In this document: positions 50,052-60,187 of the stretch, one piece after another
Layout: the number at the start of each line of letters is the position of its first letter
How positions within the stretch are numbered: position 1 is the stretch's first letter
Assembly: GCA_963789265.1 (NCBI GenBank)
Contig: CAWBKB010000003.1
Span: 704,001-768,000 of the forward strand
Length of the DNA stretch: 64,000 bases
Direction: 5' to 3'
DNA from: an uncultured delta proteobacterium
GTDB taxonomy: Bacteria; Desulfobacterota; Desulfomonilia; Desulfomonilales; Desulfomonilaceae
Translations under genes and position numbers: made by a program
The notes under the pieces: model-generated
What the model was told of the DNA's origin: nothing
The model's database searches: none
What the model saw: only the letters and a program-made list of their open reading frames with translations

Positions 50052-50159
50052 TTGGAGTCTCTTTTATGGGAATATCATTTGGCTTGCCCTATGACGGTCA
50101 ATTTCGCAGAATATATATTCGGGGATGAGATTTCAACTTCAAGTACAGCACCGGGCAAC

Positions 50160-50282
50160 CATTCAGTCTTGTGGGGCACTCCCGCGACGCGCGGGACAGC
50201 CTGCCGGGGAAACCCCTGTTCAGTGGCGGGCTAGAAAGCCCACCCCACGAAACCATCCGCAAATTCCGGCTGTTACTGAATG
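50160..50282. repeat. family-A shell with GTGGGG...CCCCAC core
   Basis: Near-identical to 58530-58653 and to the outer element at 2413. Confidence 0.8.
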
Positions 50283-50350
50283 TATACGCACCCGGATTGT
50301 TCAGCGCAGTCAAAAATACACAGCCCGTTTGATGCCCCCACATTGAAGCT

Positions 50351-50959
50351 ATGACAAAAAAAGATCTTTTGAAAACGTACCGTGACAAGAGGGATTTCGG
50401 GCACACCTCGGAACCGAAAGGTGATGCGCCGCGCGCCGAGAGCGAGCAACCTATATTCGTGATTCACAAACACAGGGCCAGAAATCTACATTACGATTTT
50501 CGTCTTGAGGACCAAGGTGTTCTCAAATCTTGGGCAATTCCTAAAGGTCCTTCTACAGACCCGAAGATTAAGCGGCTTGCAGTGGCCACTGAAGACCATC
50601 CATTGGAATACGCCGAATTCGAAGGCGTTATCCGGAAAGGAGAGTACGGGGCCGGCGCAGTGCTCGTCTGGGATTGTGGAACTTATCGGAACGTCACCGA
50701 GGAAAAGGGGCAAACAGTTCCTGTTGAGAAAGCCATCGAGCGCGGTGGTCTCAGCGTATGGCTTGAAGGCAATAAGCTCAAAGGCGGCTACTCGCTTATC
50801 CGATTCAGGGGGGAATCACCGAACCAGTGGCTGCTCGTCAAAATGAACGACGACCAGGCTGATTCAAGAAACGCCCTGCTGACGGCCGAGCCCGACTCGG
50901 TCTTGAGTGGCCGCAGCCTGGAAGAAATAGAAGCGGATGAATCGCCGACCGATTCGTAA
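50351..50959 (+). CDS. stand-alone LigD 3'-phosphoesterase domain protein
   Basis: YRDKRDF..TSEP, FVIHKHRARNLHYDFRLE, LKSWAIPKGPS, KRLAVATEDHP, YGAG. Confidence 0.92.
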   Translation: MTKKDLLKTYRDKRDFGHTSEPKGDAPRAESEQPIFVIHKHRARNLHYDFRLEDQGVLKSWAIPKGPSTDPKIKRLAVATEDHPLEYAEFEGVIRKGEYGAGAVLVWDCGTYRNVTEEKGQTVPVEKAIERGGLSVWLEGNKLKGGYSLIRFRGESPNQWLLVKMNDDQADSRNALLTAEPDSVLSGRSLEEIEADESPTDS

Positions 50960-51070
50960 CTATTTGGCAACTGGGATAGCTTCGGCTGCAAGGTCTGTCA
51001 CCGGCCGCTGTATCGACGCTTCCTAAACCTTTTCGCGAACACTTTGTCATCCCGCCGTTGAAACGGGCTA

Positions 51071-52660
51071 TTAACCCTCCTTAAGTTCCTCCAGAACCTG
51101 CCTGAGTATGTCCGGCTTTACCTCCATGCCTGGTTCCACTGCACCAATTTTTCTTATCAAGACAAAGCGTACGCGGCCGCCGATGTTCTTTTTGTCAGCG
51201 GCCATTGCCTTGACAAGCCCGGTCGGATCCTCACTGTGACAAATCGGCAGGCCGGTTCGGCTCAGCAGAGACTCCAGCCTGTCCGGTTCATCCGAGGAGC
51301 ACAGCCCCATTTTCTCGGAAATTCTTGCCGCGGCAACAAGACCGATGGCAACGGCTTCTCCGTGGCCCAAGGCGTATCCACTGCACTTTTCCAGCGCGTG
51401 GCCCACCGTGTGCCCGAGATTCAAGACTTCACGCAGGCCGGATTCAAAAGGATCGGCTTCCACAACCCGAACCTTGACGTTGGCTGAACGAGCCACCAGG
51501 GCGGGACTCAAGTTGGATGGTCGATCGGCGCTCTCTAGAGCCTCAAAGAGTTCGGGGTCACCGATCACGGCATGTTTGATAAGCTCTGCCATGCCCATCC
51601 GAATTTCTCTTTCCGGAAGTGTGGCGAGCGTTTGCGTGTCCGCAGCAACCAGCACCGGCTGTTTGAAGGCCCCCACGAGATTTTTCCCCTGAGGCAGGTC
51701 AACCCCCGTCTTACCGCCCACACTGGAATCGACCATGGCCAGCAGCGTAGTCGGGCATTGAACCAGAGTTATCCCTCGCATGTAAGTTGCCGCTGCGAAT
51801 CCTGCCAAGTCTCCGATCACGCCGCCACCCAGTGCGATCACAGCGCCGCGACGATCCAGTCCTCCTTCCAAAAAGGAGTTATAGAGGAAGCTGAGTTGCT
51901 CGAGGTTTTTGCTCTCCTCTCCCGGTGGAACTTTGAATACAAAGGGCTTGAAACCTGCACTCTCGAGTGCTGTGACCACCTGATGCGCGTACAATTTGGC
52001 GACGTTCAGGTCTGTGACCACGGCAATCCTGGAAGTAAGGCCCCTTTCTCTGAGTTGCTCCCCGAGCAGATCAAGGACTCCAGGCCCTATGCCAATTGTG
52101 TAACCACCACCGGGAAGATTCACTGCAATAAACATGGATGGGTCTTTTCCGTTGCTAACGATTTGATGCAAGCGATTGACCGCCCTTTCCACAAGTGAAT
52201 CCGTGGTGTCCACGTGGTATGCAAATGACACGTACGCAGCTTCACGTTCACGAAGAAGCGCTTTCACACGCTGGATGCGGTCTTCACCCTCTATCATGGG
52301 GCGTTTTTCGTTCCTGCAGACCCGGGTCAGAATCTCATCTGCCGAGCACCGCAGGCAGACTACAATACCCGCGGAATTCAGGAGCTTGCGATTTTCCGGA
52401 TCCAATGGCATCCCCCCGCCGGTGGCTACCACCGCGCCCCGCTGAGTCACGAGTTCCCGGCACAATTGTCTTTCCAGATCACGGAAGTGCCCCTCACCAT
52501 GCCTGGTGAAGATTTCAGAGACGGACGCTCCTGCACGACGCTCTATTTCCGCGTCCGTGTCGAGAAATCTCAATCCAAGCCGCGAAGCGAGCGCGCGACC
52601 TATAGTAGTCTTTCCTGTGCCCATGAAACCAGTAAGGATTATATTTGCGTATGCTGTCAT
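51071..52660 (-). CDS. aroKB: shikimate kinase / 3-dehydroquinate synthase fusion
   Basis: GFMGTGKTT, ATGGG, RP; then GEESK, GGGVIGDLAGF, PTTLLAMVDSSVGGKTG, LNLGHTVGHALE, HGEAVA. Confidence 0.95.
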   Translation of the reverse strand: MTAYANIILTGFMGTGKTTIGRALASRLGLRFLDTDAEIERRAGASVSEIFTRHGEGHFRDLERQLCRELVTQRGAVVATGGGMPLDPENRKLLNSAGIVVCLRCSADEILTRVCRNEKRPMIEGEDRIQRVKALLREREAAYVSFAYHVDTTDSLVERAVNRLHQIVSNGKDPSMFIAVNLPGGGYTIGIGPGVLDLLGEQLRERGLTSRIAVVTDLNVAKLYAHQVVTALESAGFKPFVFKVPPGEESKNLEQLSFLYNSFLEGGLDRRGAVIALGGGVIGDLAGFAAATYMRGITLVQCPTTLLAMVDSSVGGKTGVDLPQGKNLVGAFKQPVLVAADTQTLATLPEREIRMGMAELIKHAVIGDPELFEALESADRPSNLSPALVARSANVKVRVVEADPFESGLREVLNLGHTVGHALEKCSGYALGHGEAVAIGLVAAARISEKMGLCSSDEPDRLESLLSRTGLPICHSEDPTGLVKAMAADKKNIGGRVRFVLIRKIGAVEPGMEVKPDILRQVLEELKEG

Positions 52661-52736
52661 AGTTGTTCAAAAACCTGTCTGAGTATTCATAATCACTAAC
52701 TCATTGTCATGCTGTCTCGCAATTTCAACAGCTTAT

Positions 52737-52817
52737 CACCCTCCCCCTTCCCCCTCCCTTCGAGGGAGGGGATCAAGAAAACCCTCGCCCCTGGCGGGAG
52801 AGGGCAGGGTGAGGGGG
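52737..52817. repeat. REP pair (CCCTCCC...GGGAGAGGGCAGGGTGAGGGG)
   Basis: Related to the 44088-44181 unit. Confidence 0.7.
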
Positions 52818-52896
52818 ATTTGCGGAATCAAAACGCCGCATTAAGTCAGCGCCTATGGTATGAGTGCACGGGATAGACACTGTTCCGTTGGTATTT

Positions 52897-54081
52897 TCAC
52901 TCGTACCCGAATCTCCAGGGAATATTGTCCATGGGAAGATCCGCGATTCTAGAACTTCTCAGGCTCCGGAATCTTGACGTCATCTCATCCAGGCCGTCTC
53001 CGCCGAGCTTTTCTATCAAGGCATCGGCAAGGACAAACGCAACCATTGCTTCAGCCACAACAGACGCCCGGGGGACAGCGCATATATCGCTACGTTCGTA
53101 CGTCGTCTTCACGCGTTCGCCTGTGGCCAGATCAACGGAGTGAATGCCCTTGAGAGTCGTGCTGATAGGCTTCATGGCCGCTCGGATCAGTAGTGGGGCG
53201 CCTGTAGTTATGCCCCCTTCCAGGCCGGCAGCCCGGTTCGATCCCCGTTTCAAAGCAGTTTCTATCTCATCTTGATCACGAACGATTTCGTCGTGAACGT
53301 TAGAGCCTCGCTCACAGGCGTCCACAAACGCGTTGCCGAACTGAACACCCTTGATGGCAGGAATAGACCCCACCGCGGCCATGAGCCTGCCGGTGAGCCT
53401 TCGATCCCACTCCACGTGGCTTCCAAGTCCGGGCGGGACATTAAGCGCAACGCACTGGAAAATCCCTCCCAGAGTATCACCTTCCTCTCTGGCTTTTCCG
53501 ATCTCCGCGACCATTGCGGTACTGGCCTCGTTGTCAGGACATCGGACAGGCGATGTCTCCGCTTGGCGGAACAATAGGCCATAATCGGGCCTTTCAGGGA
53601 CTTCAGCTTCAACAGGGCCTATGGAAAGCACATAAGAGCCTATTCTGATGTCAAAGCATCCGAGAAATTTCCGACAGATGGCCCCCATGGCGACACGCGC
53701 CGCAGTCTCTCTTGCCGAAGCCCGTTCCAATCCCAGTCTAAGTTCCCTGTAACCGTATTTAACTGCTGAAGTCAGGTCAGCGTGGCCGGGTCTGGGAATT
53801 GTCATGGGAGGAATATCCCGGTCGCGCCAGGAATTGAAGTCTTTGTTGGCAATTATGAGCGAGACTGGGGCGCCGGTGGTCTGCCCGGCCATGATGCCTC
53901 CCGTAATTCTCGCGCGGTCATCTTCTATTGACATTCGGCCGCCTGACCCTTCGCTCCGCTGGCGTCGGGCCAGTTCGAAATCTATGTCCGTTCGAGAAAT
54001 AGGGATCGCGGCAGGGAGGCCTTCGAGAATAACTGTGAGTTCAGGTCCGTGGGATTCGCCCGCGGTCAGAAATCTCAGCAT
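52897..54081 (-). CDS. aroC: chorismate synthase
   Basis: LRFLTAGESHG, PRPGHAD, ERASARETA, GGLEGG-like AGLEGGIT, MKPIST, ERSDIC. Confidence 0.96.
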   Translation of the reverse strand: MLRFLTAGESHGPELTVILEGLPAAIPISRTDIDFELARRQRSEGSGGRMSIEDDRARITGGIMAGQTTGAPVSLIIANKDFNSWRDRDIPPMTIPRPGHADLTSAVKYGYRELRLGLERASARETAARVAMGAICRKFLGCFDIRIGSYVLSIGPVEAEVPERPDYGLLFRQAETSPVRCPDNEASTAMVAEIGKAREEGDTLGGIFQCVALNVPPGLGSHVEWDRRLTGRLMAAVGSIPAIKGVQFGNAFVDACERGSNVHDEIVRDQDEIETALKRGSNRAAGLEGGITTGAPLLIRAAMKPISTTLKGIHSVDLATGERVKTTYERSDICAVPRASVVAEAMVAFVLADALIEKLGGDGLDEMTSRFRSLRSSRIADLPMDNIPWRFGYE

Positions 54082-54920
54082 AGTGCTACCGCCTGCTTCA
54101 TTACGGCTAATGGCGCCGCTTTGCCTGTCCAGAGTGAAAATGCAATCGCAGCCTGATGGACCAACATTCCAAGTCCGTTTGTCGCCTTAACCCCCGCATC
54201 TTGCGCCTGTTCCATAAGACGCGTGCGAGGCGGATTGTACACCAGGTCATAGACCATTCGGCACTTGCGAAAACTTGTCCCCTCCGGCCACGGAGAATAA
54301 TCTGTCTTGGGAGCCATGCCCAGTGGAGTGGTATTTACGATCAGATCTACGTCCCGGTCCGGTTCCTGAAGCCTTTGAAGCGTCCAAGTTTCGACAAAGC
54401 CCTTCAAATCGGATTTTGTCAAACGCGCAACAATGGCTCCGGCTGTTTCGTCATTCCGACTGCACACAGCCACCCTTGCCCCATTCGAAACCAGAGCATA
54501 AGCTACCGCCCGAGCCGAGCCGCCTGATCCTAGTATTACGGCAGTACATCCATCGGGGTCAAAGCCCATTTCCTTAAGATGGCAGAGGAAACCGGTCCAA
54601 TCCGTGTTTTCTCCTATCAGGCTTCCGTCGGGCCCGACCGTAATTGTGTTGACTGCTCCGATCTCTGAGGCATCCGCGGAAACACTATCGAGAAATGGGA
54701 TGACCCTCTCTTTGTACGGCAGCGTCACATTGACCGCTCGGAATCCCAGCGCAGGCAACCCTTTTATGGCCCCTGCCAAGTAGTGCGGCTCCACAGGCAG
54801 CGGCACGTAAAGCCAATCCATGCCCAGTAACTGAAATGCCGCGTTGTGCATTGCAGGGCTCAGACTATGCGCGACAGGATTCCCTATGATGCCGACCAGC
54901 TGTGTAGCGCCCGTCACCAT
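54075..54920 (-). CDS. aroE: shikimate dehydrogenase
   Basis: GNPVAHSLSPAMHN, NVTLPYK, GAVNT, NTD, GSGGSARA, NTTPLGM, DLVYNP, GLGMLVHQA. Confidence 0.95.
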   Translation of the reverse strand: MVTGATQLVGIIGNPVAHSLSPAMHNAAFQLLGMDWLYVPLPVEPHYLAGAIKGLPALGFRAVNVTLPYKERVIPFLDSVSADASEIGAVNTITVGPDGSLIGENTDWTGFLCHLKEMGFDPDGCTAVILGSGGSARAVAYALVSNGARVAVCSRNDETAGAIVARLTKSDLKGFVETWTLQRLQEPDRDVDLIVNTTPLGMAPKTDYSPWPEGTSFRKCRMVYDLVYNPPRTRLMEQAQDAGVKATNGLGMLVHQAAIAFSLWTGKAAPLAVMKQAVALC

Positions 54921-56257
54921 TGAACGTCTGCCCCTAGCCCTTTTAGAATGCGGGGGAATTCCGGGAATGAATCGTTGATGATTTCCCATCCTTGAATCAA
55001 CGTTTCCCCCTCGGCCACAAGACCTGCAATTGCCAGACTCATGCCCAATCTGTGATCTCCGCGAGCGTTCACAACAGCGCCGGTAAGTTTGCGCGGACCG
55101 TTGATAGTAAAACCGTCGGCCGCGGTTTGGATGTCGGCCCCCATTTTATTCAATTCCTCAGCCAGCGTGTCGATCCTATCGCTTTCTTTGACCCGAAGTT
55201 CCTCTGCGTCCCGCACGACGGTTGTGCCGCTTGCTTGAGTGGCAGCGACTGCAAGTATTGGAAACTCATCAATCATCCTGACAACGATTGCTCCTTGTAC
55301 GGTAGTCCCCCGGAGCGCTCCCGACTCCACTGTAATGGTCCCCGTCGGTTCGCCATTGGATTCCGTCGCTCCATTCACACGCAGGTTTCCTCCCATCGAG
55401 TGCAGCACGTCGAATAATCCTGTCCGTCCTGGATTAAGGCAGAGATTCGTGACCTGAAGGCTCGAATCGGGAACCAGTAAGCCCGCTGTTACAAGGAACG
55501 CGGCAGAGGACGGGTCGGAAGGAAGGTGTACGTCCAGCGGTGGAAGAGAGGTGATGGGTCCCGAAACGGTCACGTGGTGTCGGCCCTCTTGGTCTTCATA
55601 TTCTGTAACGGGCACACCCAGGCTCTTAAGCATACGTTCTGTGTGATCTCTACTTGTGAAGGGCTCGATCACTGTCGTGGGACCGTCAGTGAAAAGACCT
55701 GCCAACAGGAGCGCGGATTTTACTTGCGCGCTGGCTACTGGAAGGAGATGCTGCGACGGCTGCAATCGAGACGGGAAAAATGTCAGAGGTGCGTTTCCGT
55801 TGTCTGTCTCGATTTTAGCCCCTTTTGTGCGAAGTGGTTCCACGACCCGACCCATAGGCCGTGCACGTAGGCGGTCATTGCCGTCAAGGGTGGACTGAAA
55901 TGCCTGGCCCGCCAGGATTCCGGCCATTAATCGCATAGTCGTGGCCGAACCTCGACAGTGGAGAGGCGCGGAAGGCACCGCAAAACCTACCAGATCCTTA
56001 CCTGTTACCAGGAGATCGGCAGCCCCGGGCTGGATAGTCGGCCTGAGTTCTTCAACCACCTGTACTCCAAGCGTCTGAAGGCATTCGATCATTGCAAGAC
56101 TGACCCCAGCCTTCGCGCAATTCCGGATCCGTGAGACTCCGCTCCCGAGAGAAGCGAACAACAGGGCTCGGTGCGATAAAGATTTGTCCCCCGGCAATGA
56201 CACGACCCCGCGCAAACGGCGGGTGGGCCGAATTCGAAGGGTCTTGGGATCAGCCAT
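54914..56257 (-). CDS. aroA: EPSP synthase
   Basis: PGDKSLSHR, RPMGR, ASAQVKSA, SRDHTERM, IDEFP, ELRVKESDR, DHRLGM. Confidence 0.96.
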   Translation of the reverse strand: MADPKTLRIRPTRRLRGVVSLPGDKSLSHRALLFASLGSGVSRIRNCAKAGVSLAMIECLQTLGVQVVEELRPTIQPGAADLLVTGKDLVGFAVPSAPLHCRGSATTMRLMAGILAGQAFQSTLDGNDRLRARPMGRVVEPLRTKGAKIETDNGNAPLTFFPSRLQPSQHLLPVASAQVKSALLLAGLFTDGPTTVIEPFTSRDHTERMLKSLGVPVTEYEDQEGRHHVTVSGPITSLPPLDVHLPSDPSSAAFLVTAGLLVPDSSLQVTNLCLNPGRTGLFDVLHSMGGNLRVNGATESNGEPTGTITVESGALRGTTVQGAIVVRMIDEFPILAVAATQASGTTVVRDAEELRVKESDRIDTLAEELNKMGADIQTAADGFTINGPRKLTGAVVNARGDHRLGMSLAIAGLVAEGETLIQGWEIINDSFPEFPRILKGLGADVQW

Positions 56258-57152
56258 TCGTACGGGTTCCTTCCTCAGAGGATATATGTGGGTGAAACAT
56301 TGCTGTTCTGCGTTCTCGTATTTGGCTCAGGATTTTTCGCAAGGCTCCGTTATCCTCATCCTTGATGGCACTTGCAAATCTTTTCATCATTCGTTGGGCC
56401 AACTCAAGCATTTGAAGCACGTTGTCCCGGTTGACTGCAAGAATGTCCGTCATCATGGTCAAATCAGCGCCTGCAACTCTTGAGGTGTCCCTGAACCCGC
56501 TTGAGGCCAAGTTCCACACATCGGGTTCTTCCGACGCGGTTACTTCGGCAACCGCGACTAGGGTCGAGGCGAGAAGATAAGGGAGATGGCTGACGCATGC
56601 TGCGACCAGGTCATGGTCGTCCGCGTTCATCGGCATAGGCCGTGCACCCACAAGCTTAACCATCTGTTCGATGAGACTAAACGCTTCAGGGTCGGTCCGC
56701 TCCGTACGAATGAGCACCCATGTCTTGCCCAGGAACAAGTCCGCGTCTGATGTATAAAGGCCGGGTGTCTCTTTTCCGCACATCGGATGCCCGGCCACCG
56801 CCCTGATGTGCGGCGGCAATTGGTCCATAACCTTCAATATGTTCCGTTTGACGCTGCCCATATCCGTTACGATGGCGCCGGCCTTCATGAAAGAGTGTAG
56901 CGGCAGGATTTGCTGTTCAATGGTGCAGACCGGGGTTGCAAAGACCACCACTTCGGCACCATCGAGAAGCTGTTGCGGATCTACACCGGCGATGTGAGCT
57001 GCTCCAAGGGCTACAGCCTCCTCTGCGATAGCCTGACGCCTTACCAGTCCCCTGACTTCCCGGCAAACTTCGCCTCGTACCAGCGCTTTGCCGAGGCTCC
57101 CCCCCATGAGCCCCAGGCCCACAATCGTAATCGTCAAATCTGAAAGCGTCAC
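56250..57152 (-). CDS. tyrA: prephenate/arogenate dehydrogenase
   Basis: IVGLGLMGGS, TDMGSVK, GHPMCGKE, HD, SHLP, SGFRDTSRVA. Confidence 0.93.
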   Translation of the reverse strand: MTLSDLTITIVGLGLMGGSLGKALVRGEVCREVRGLVRRQAIAEEAVALGAAHIAGVDPQQLLDGAEVVVFATPVCTIEQQILPLHSFMKAGAIVTDMGSVKRNILKVMDQLPPHIRAVAGHPMCGKETPGLYTSDADLFLGKTWVLIRTERTDPEAFSLIEQMVKLVGARPMPMNADDHDLVAACVSHLPYLLASTLVAVAEVTASEEPDVWNLASSGFRDTSRVAGADLTMMTDILAVNRDNVLQMLELAQRMMKRFASAIKDEDNGALRKILSQIRERRTAMFHPHISSEEGTRTNG

Positions 57153-57283
57153 CGATTATCCTCTGACAAAGGAGATGCAGACAAGCATTGCCGCACGAAA
57201 TGTTACGACATTTTGGTTCTTGTCAATAGAAATCCTACACGTCCATTTGAGTGTTGGATGCAGCTCGCCGAGCAGTCTCGATC

Positions 57284-58297
57284 TCAAATGGTTCTCCCCA
57301 CCGCCTCGGCAACCGGACGCAGCTCGTCCATAAGCGCTTGAAACTCATGGGGGCGGAGGCTTTGCGCGCCGTCAGACAGCGCATTCTCAGGGTCCGGATG
57401 GACTTCAATAATGAGTCCGTCGGCCCCCGCGGCGATGGCCGCGCGACTCACCGCGGGTACGTATTCGCGCTTTCCGGTGCCGTGGCTCGGATCCAGTATA
57501 ACCGGAAGGTGGCTCAGGGATTTAAGCACGGGTACAGCATTGATGTCCACGGTGTTCCGGGTGGAAGTCTCGAAAGTGCGTATTCCACGTTCACAAAGAA
57601 TTACGCGCGGGTTGTTGTGGCTCAGTATGTATTCCGCGGCGTTGAGAAACTCTTCTATTGTGCTCATGAGTCCGCGCTTAAGGAGCACCGGTTTATGGGA
57701 TGCGCCCACCGCGTTGAGCAGAGCAAAATTCTGCATGTTGCGCGCGCCCACCTGCAGCACATCCGCGTACTGAGCTACCAGCGGCACTTGTTCCGGCGTT
57801 GTGACCTCGGTTACGACCGCGAGGCCCGCCACGTCCCTAGCTTGCGCCAGGAGCTTGAGACCTTCCTCTCCGAGGCCTTGAAAGCTGTATGGCGAGGTCC
57901 GAGGTTTGAACGCGCCGCCTCTTAGGGCTGTTGCTCCTGCCTTTTTCACCGCGAGCGCCGTCTGAATGAGTTGATCTTTGTTTTCGACCGCGCAGGGGCC
58001 GGCCATGATAATGATTTTCTTGCTCCCAATATGGGACCCGTCGATGGAGAAGACCGTGTCTTCTTTCTTGAAGTCCCGACTGGCAAGCTTAAACGGCCCC
58101 AAAAGCGGAACCACACGCTCGACGCCCTCCAAGCACTCGAAAGCGTCCGCTTCCACTCCACTATTGTCGCCGACAACCCCAACGATGGTGCGAATCTTCC
58201 CTCTGGAAACATGGGCCTTCATTCCCACGGCTTCCACCTTGGTCAAAACCCGCGCCACCTGGCCCTCAGTTGCTTCCTTTTTCATGACTACCACCAT
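57284..58297 (-). CDS. aroF: DAHP synthase type I-beta with N-terminal regulatory domain
   Basis: [48 protein letters not shown]. Confidence 0.95.
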   Translation of the reverse strand: MVVVMKKEATEGQVARVLTKVEAVGMKAHVSRGKIRTIVGVVGDNSGVEADAFECLEGVERVVPLLGPFKLASRDFKKEDTVFSIDGSHIGSKKIIIMAGPCAVENKDQLIQTALAVKKAGATALRGGAFKPRTSPYSFQGLGEEGLKLLAQARDVAGLAVVTEVTTPEQVPLVAQYADVLQVGARNMQNFALLNAVGASHKPVLLKRGLMSTIEEFLNAAEYILSHNNPRVILCERGIRTFETSTRNTVDINAVPVLKSLSHLPVILDPSHGTGKREYVPAVSRAAIAAGADGLIIEVHPDPENALSDGAQSLRPHEFQALMDELRPVAEAVGRTI

Positions 58298-58309
58298 CTT
58301 TTTTCCTCC

Positions 58310-58346
58310 AAAAAAAAGATGCGGAGCGCTTGCTCCGCATCTTTTT
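58310..58346 (-). terminator. attenuator terminator upstream of aroF
   Basis: AAAAAGATGCGGAGC-AAGC-GCTCCGCATCTTTTTTTT directly before the GGAGG RBS of aroF. Confidence 0.85.
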
Positions 58347-58384
58347 GTTCCGTTGTATGGATTATCTAACAGCAGAAGCGCGCG

Positions 58385-58459
58385 TCAACCTCCGGGGGGC
58401 CCAAAATAGTACCACCAAAAATACCGAGAAGACGCGCTCATGTGCTGCAACTGACTCAT
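58385..58459 (-). CDS. aro operon leader peptide MSQLQHMSASSRYFWWYYFGPPGG
   Basis: GAGG RBS, 24 codons with 7 consecutive aromatic codons, followed by terminator; TTGACA-N17-TATTTC promoter at 58514..58486. Confidence 0.85.
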   Translation of the reverse strand: MSQLQHMSASSRYFWWYYFGPPGG

Positions 58460-58529
58460 AGTTTCAAAATGCCTCTTATCTTACAGAAATACGATCCCAT
58501 GAAAATTATGTCAAGACTTTTTTTGTGAG

Positions 58530-58653
58530 CATTCAGTTTTGTGGGGCAGTCCCGCGAGGCGCGGGACTGCCTGCCGGAGGAAACCCCGGTTCGATGGCGG
58601 GCTGGAAAGCCCACCCCACGAAGCCACTGGCAAATTCAGGCTGTAACTGAATG
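58530..58653. repeat. family-A shell with GTGGGG...CCCCAC core
   Basis: CATTCAGTT...GTAACTGAATG, copy of the 50160 element. Confidence 0.8.
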
Positions 58654-58768
58654 CATACCTTTCTTGGAAAGATGGTCTGTTAGTTTACTCCAGACCTTGA
58701 ATTCATCGGTCGTTCTGTGAATAATCCAGACACCTACATCAATACCACTTGATTCAGCAAGGCGGACC

Positions 58769-59860
58769 ATGACTAAACAGAACCTCGAAGAGTTGCGTGC
58801 CCGGATAGACGAACTTGACAATGATATAGTCAAACTCCTGAACCACAGAATGGCCTTATGTCAGAAGATAGGACAGTTAAAATCCGCGGCTGCTCGAAAC
58901 GTTGTCGACCGGGAGCGAGAAGCGGAAATCCTTCAGCGACTTGCCTCCGAGAACTCCGGCCCTCTTTCCGAGCAGGCGCTGTCCGCTGTATTTCGCGAAA
59001 TTTTCTCGGGCTCCAGGGCCTTGCAAGCCCCCGTGACCATAGCCTTCCTGGGGCCCGCCGGCACGTACACCCATGAGGCTGCTATAGAGATGTTCGGGCA
59101 TTCAGCTACGTTCATTCCCTGCCTGACCGTGCGGGATGTCTTTGAAGAGGTGGTTCATGGAGGCGTTACCTATGCCGTAGCCCCCATAGAGAATAGTATT
59201 GAGGGGTCTGTCCGAGAGACCTTGGACCTGTTGATGACTTCCTCGATCGGCGTTTGCAAAGAAGTCTCTCTGAGGGTGAGCCACGCGCTCATGAACCTCA
59301 CGGGAAAAATCGAAGATATCCGGCAAGTAATCTCCCACCCCCAGGCACTAGCTCAGTGCCGTCGGTGGTTGGCCGACAAACTTCCGGACGTTCCGCTGCG
59401 AGATACGTCCAGCACCGCCAGAGCGGCCGAACTGGCAATAGAGGATGTGGGAACAGCGGCAATCGCGAGTGAAAGAATTGGCGTAAGATTGGGCTTGCAA
59501 ATAATACGACGCGGCATTCAAGACAGCCCCGAGAATATTACACGATTCTTCGCCCTGGGGCGCATCAAACCGACACCGACCGGAGATGACAAGACATCAA
59601 TAGTGTTTTGGACTGAAGACAAGCCTGGGGCATTGCACAAGATACTCAAGAAATTCGCTCAGCATGGAATAAACCTGTCAAGGATAGAATCTCGCCCGGA
59701 CCGTGGAGCGGTTGCTTGGAAATATGCATTCTTCGTGGACCTGGAAGGTCATAGAGACGATCCGGAAGTGGCAACTTGTTTGAAGGAAATCACCGGCAAG
59801 AGAACTATGGTTAAAGTGCTGGGATCGTTTCCCAGCCGCTCTCTGCCCCCCGGTGAGTAA
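58769..59860 (+). CDS. pheA: chorismate mutase / prephenate dehydratase (P-protein)
   Basis: LRARIDELD, RE, FLGPAGTYT, PIENSIEG, SHPQALAQC, NITRF, INLSRIESRP. Confidence 0.96.
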   Translation: MTKQNLEELRARIDELDNDIVKLLNHRMALCQKIGQLKSAAARNVVDREREAEILQRLASENSGPLSEQALSAVFREIFSGSRALQAPVTIAFLGPAGTYTHEAAIEMFGHSATFIPCLTVRDVFEEVVHGGVTYAVAPIENSIEGSVRETLDLLMTSSIGVCKEVSLRVSHALMNLTGKIEDIRQVISHPQALAQCRRWLADKLPDVPLRDTSSTARAAELAIEDVGTAAIASERIGVRLGLQIIRRGIQDSPENITRFFALGRIKPTPTGDDKTSIVFWTEDKPGALHKILKKFAQHGINLSRIESRPDRGAVAWKYAFFVDLEGHRDDPEVATCLKEITGKRTMVKVLGSFPSRSLPPGE

Positions 59861-60027
59861 AAAGGAGTCGTCTTCAAAGAACCACGGGAATTTTGTATTA
59901 TGAGAATATTATGTAACAATAACACCTAAATATATCTTATATATAATCCTAAGTAGCAAATATCTTGACAATACATTATTTTTATGAGATAAACATCTCC
60001 AGTAAATAAAACACCATACCCTATGTT

Positions 60028-60053
60028 GCCCGGCTTTGCCGGGCTTTTTTTTT
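60028..60053 (+). terminator. intrinsic terminator
   Basis: GCCCGGC-TTT-GCCGGGC followed by T9. Confidence 0.85.
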
Positions 60054-60187
60054 GCCGCGATTCATGTTGACTTGCCCGGACCGGCCTGGCTAGACTCGCC
60101 TTGGTGCTTCTTATATTAACAGCCTTCAGACAACCGGCTGCAAGGCGAATCGTATCAACCGGCTTCCAACCACTAGAGGGTTCGACA

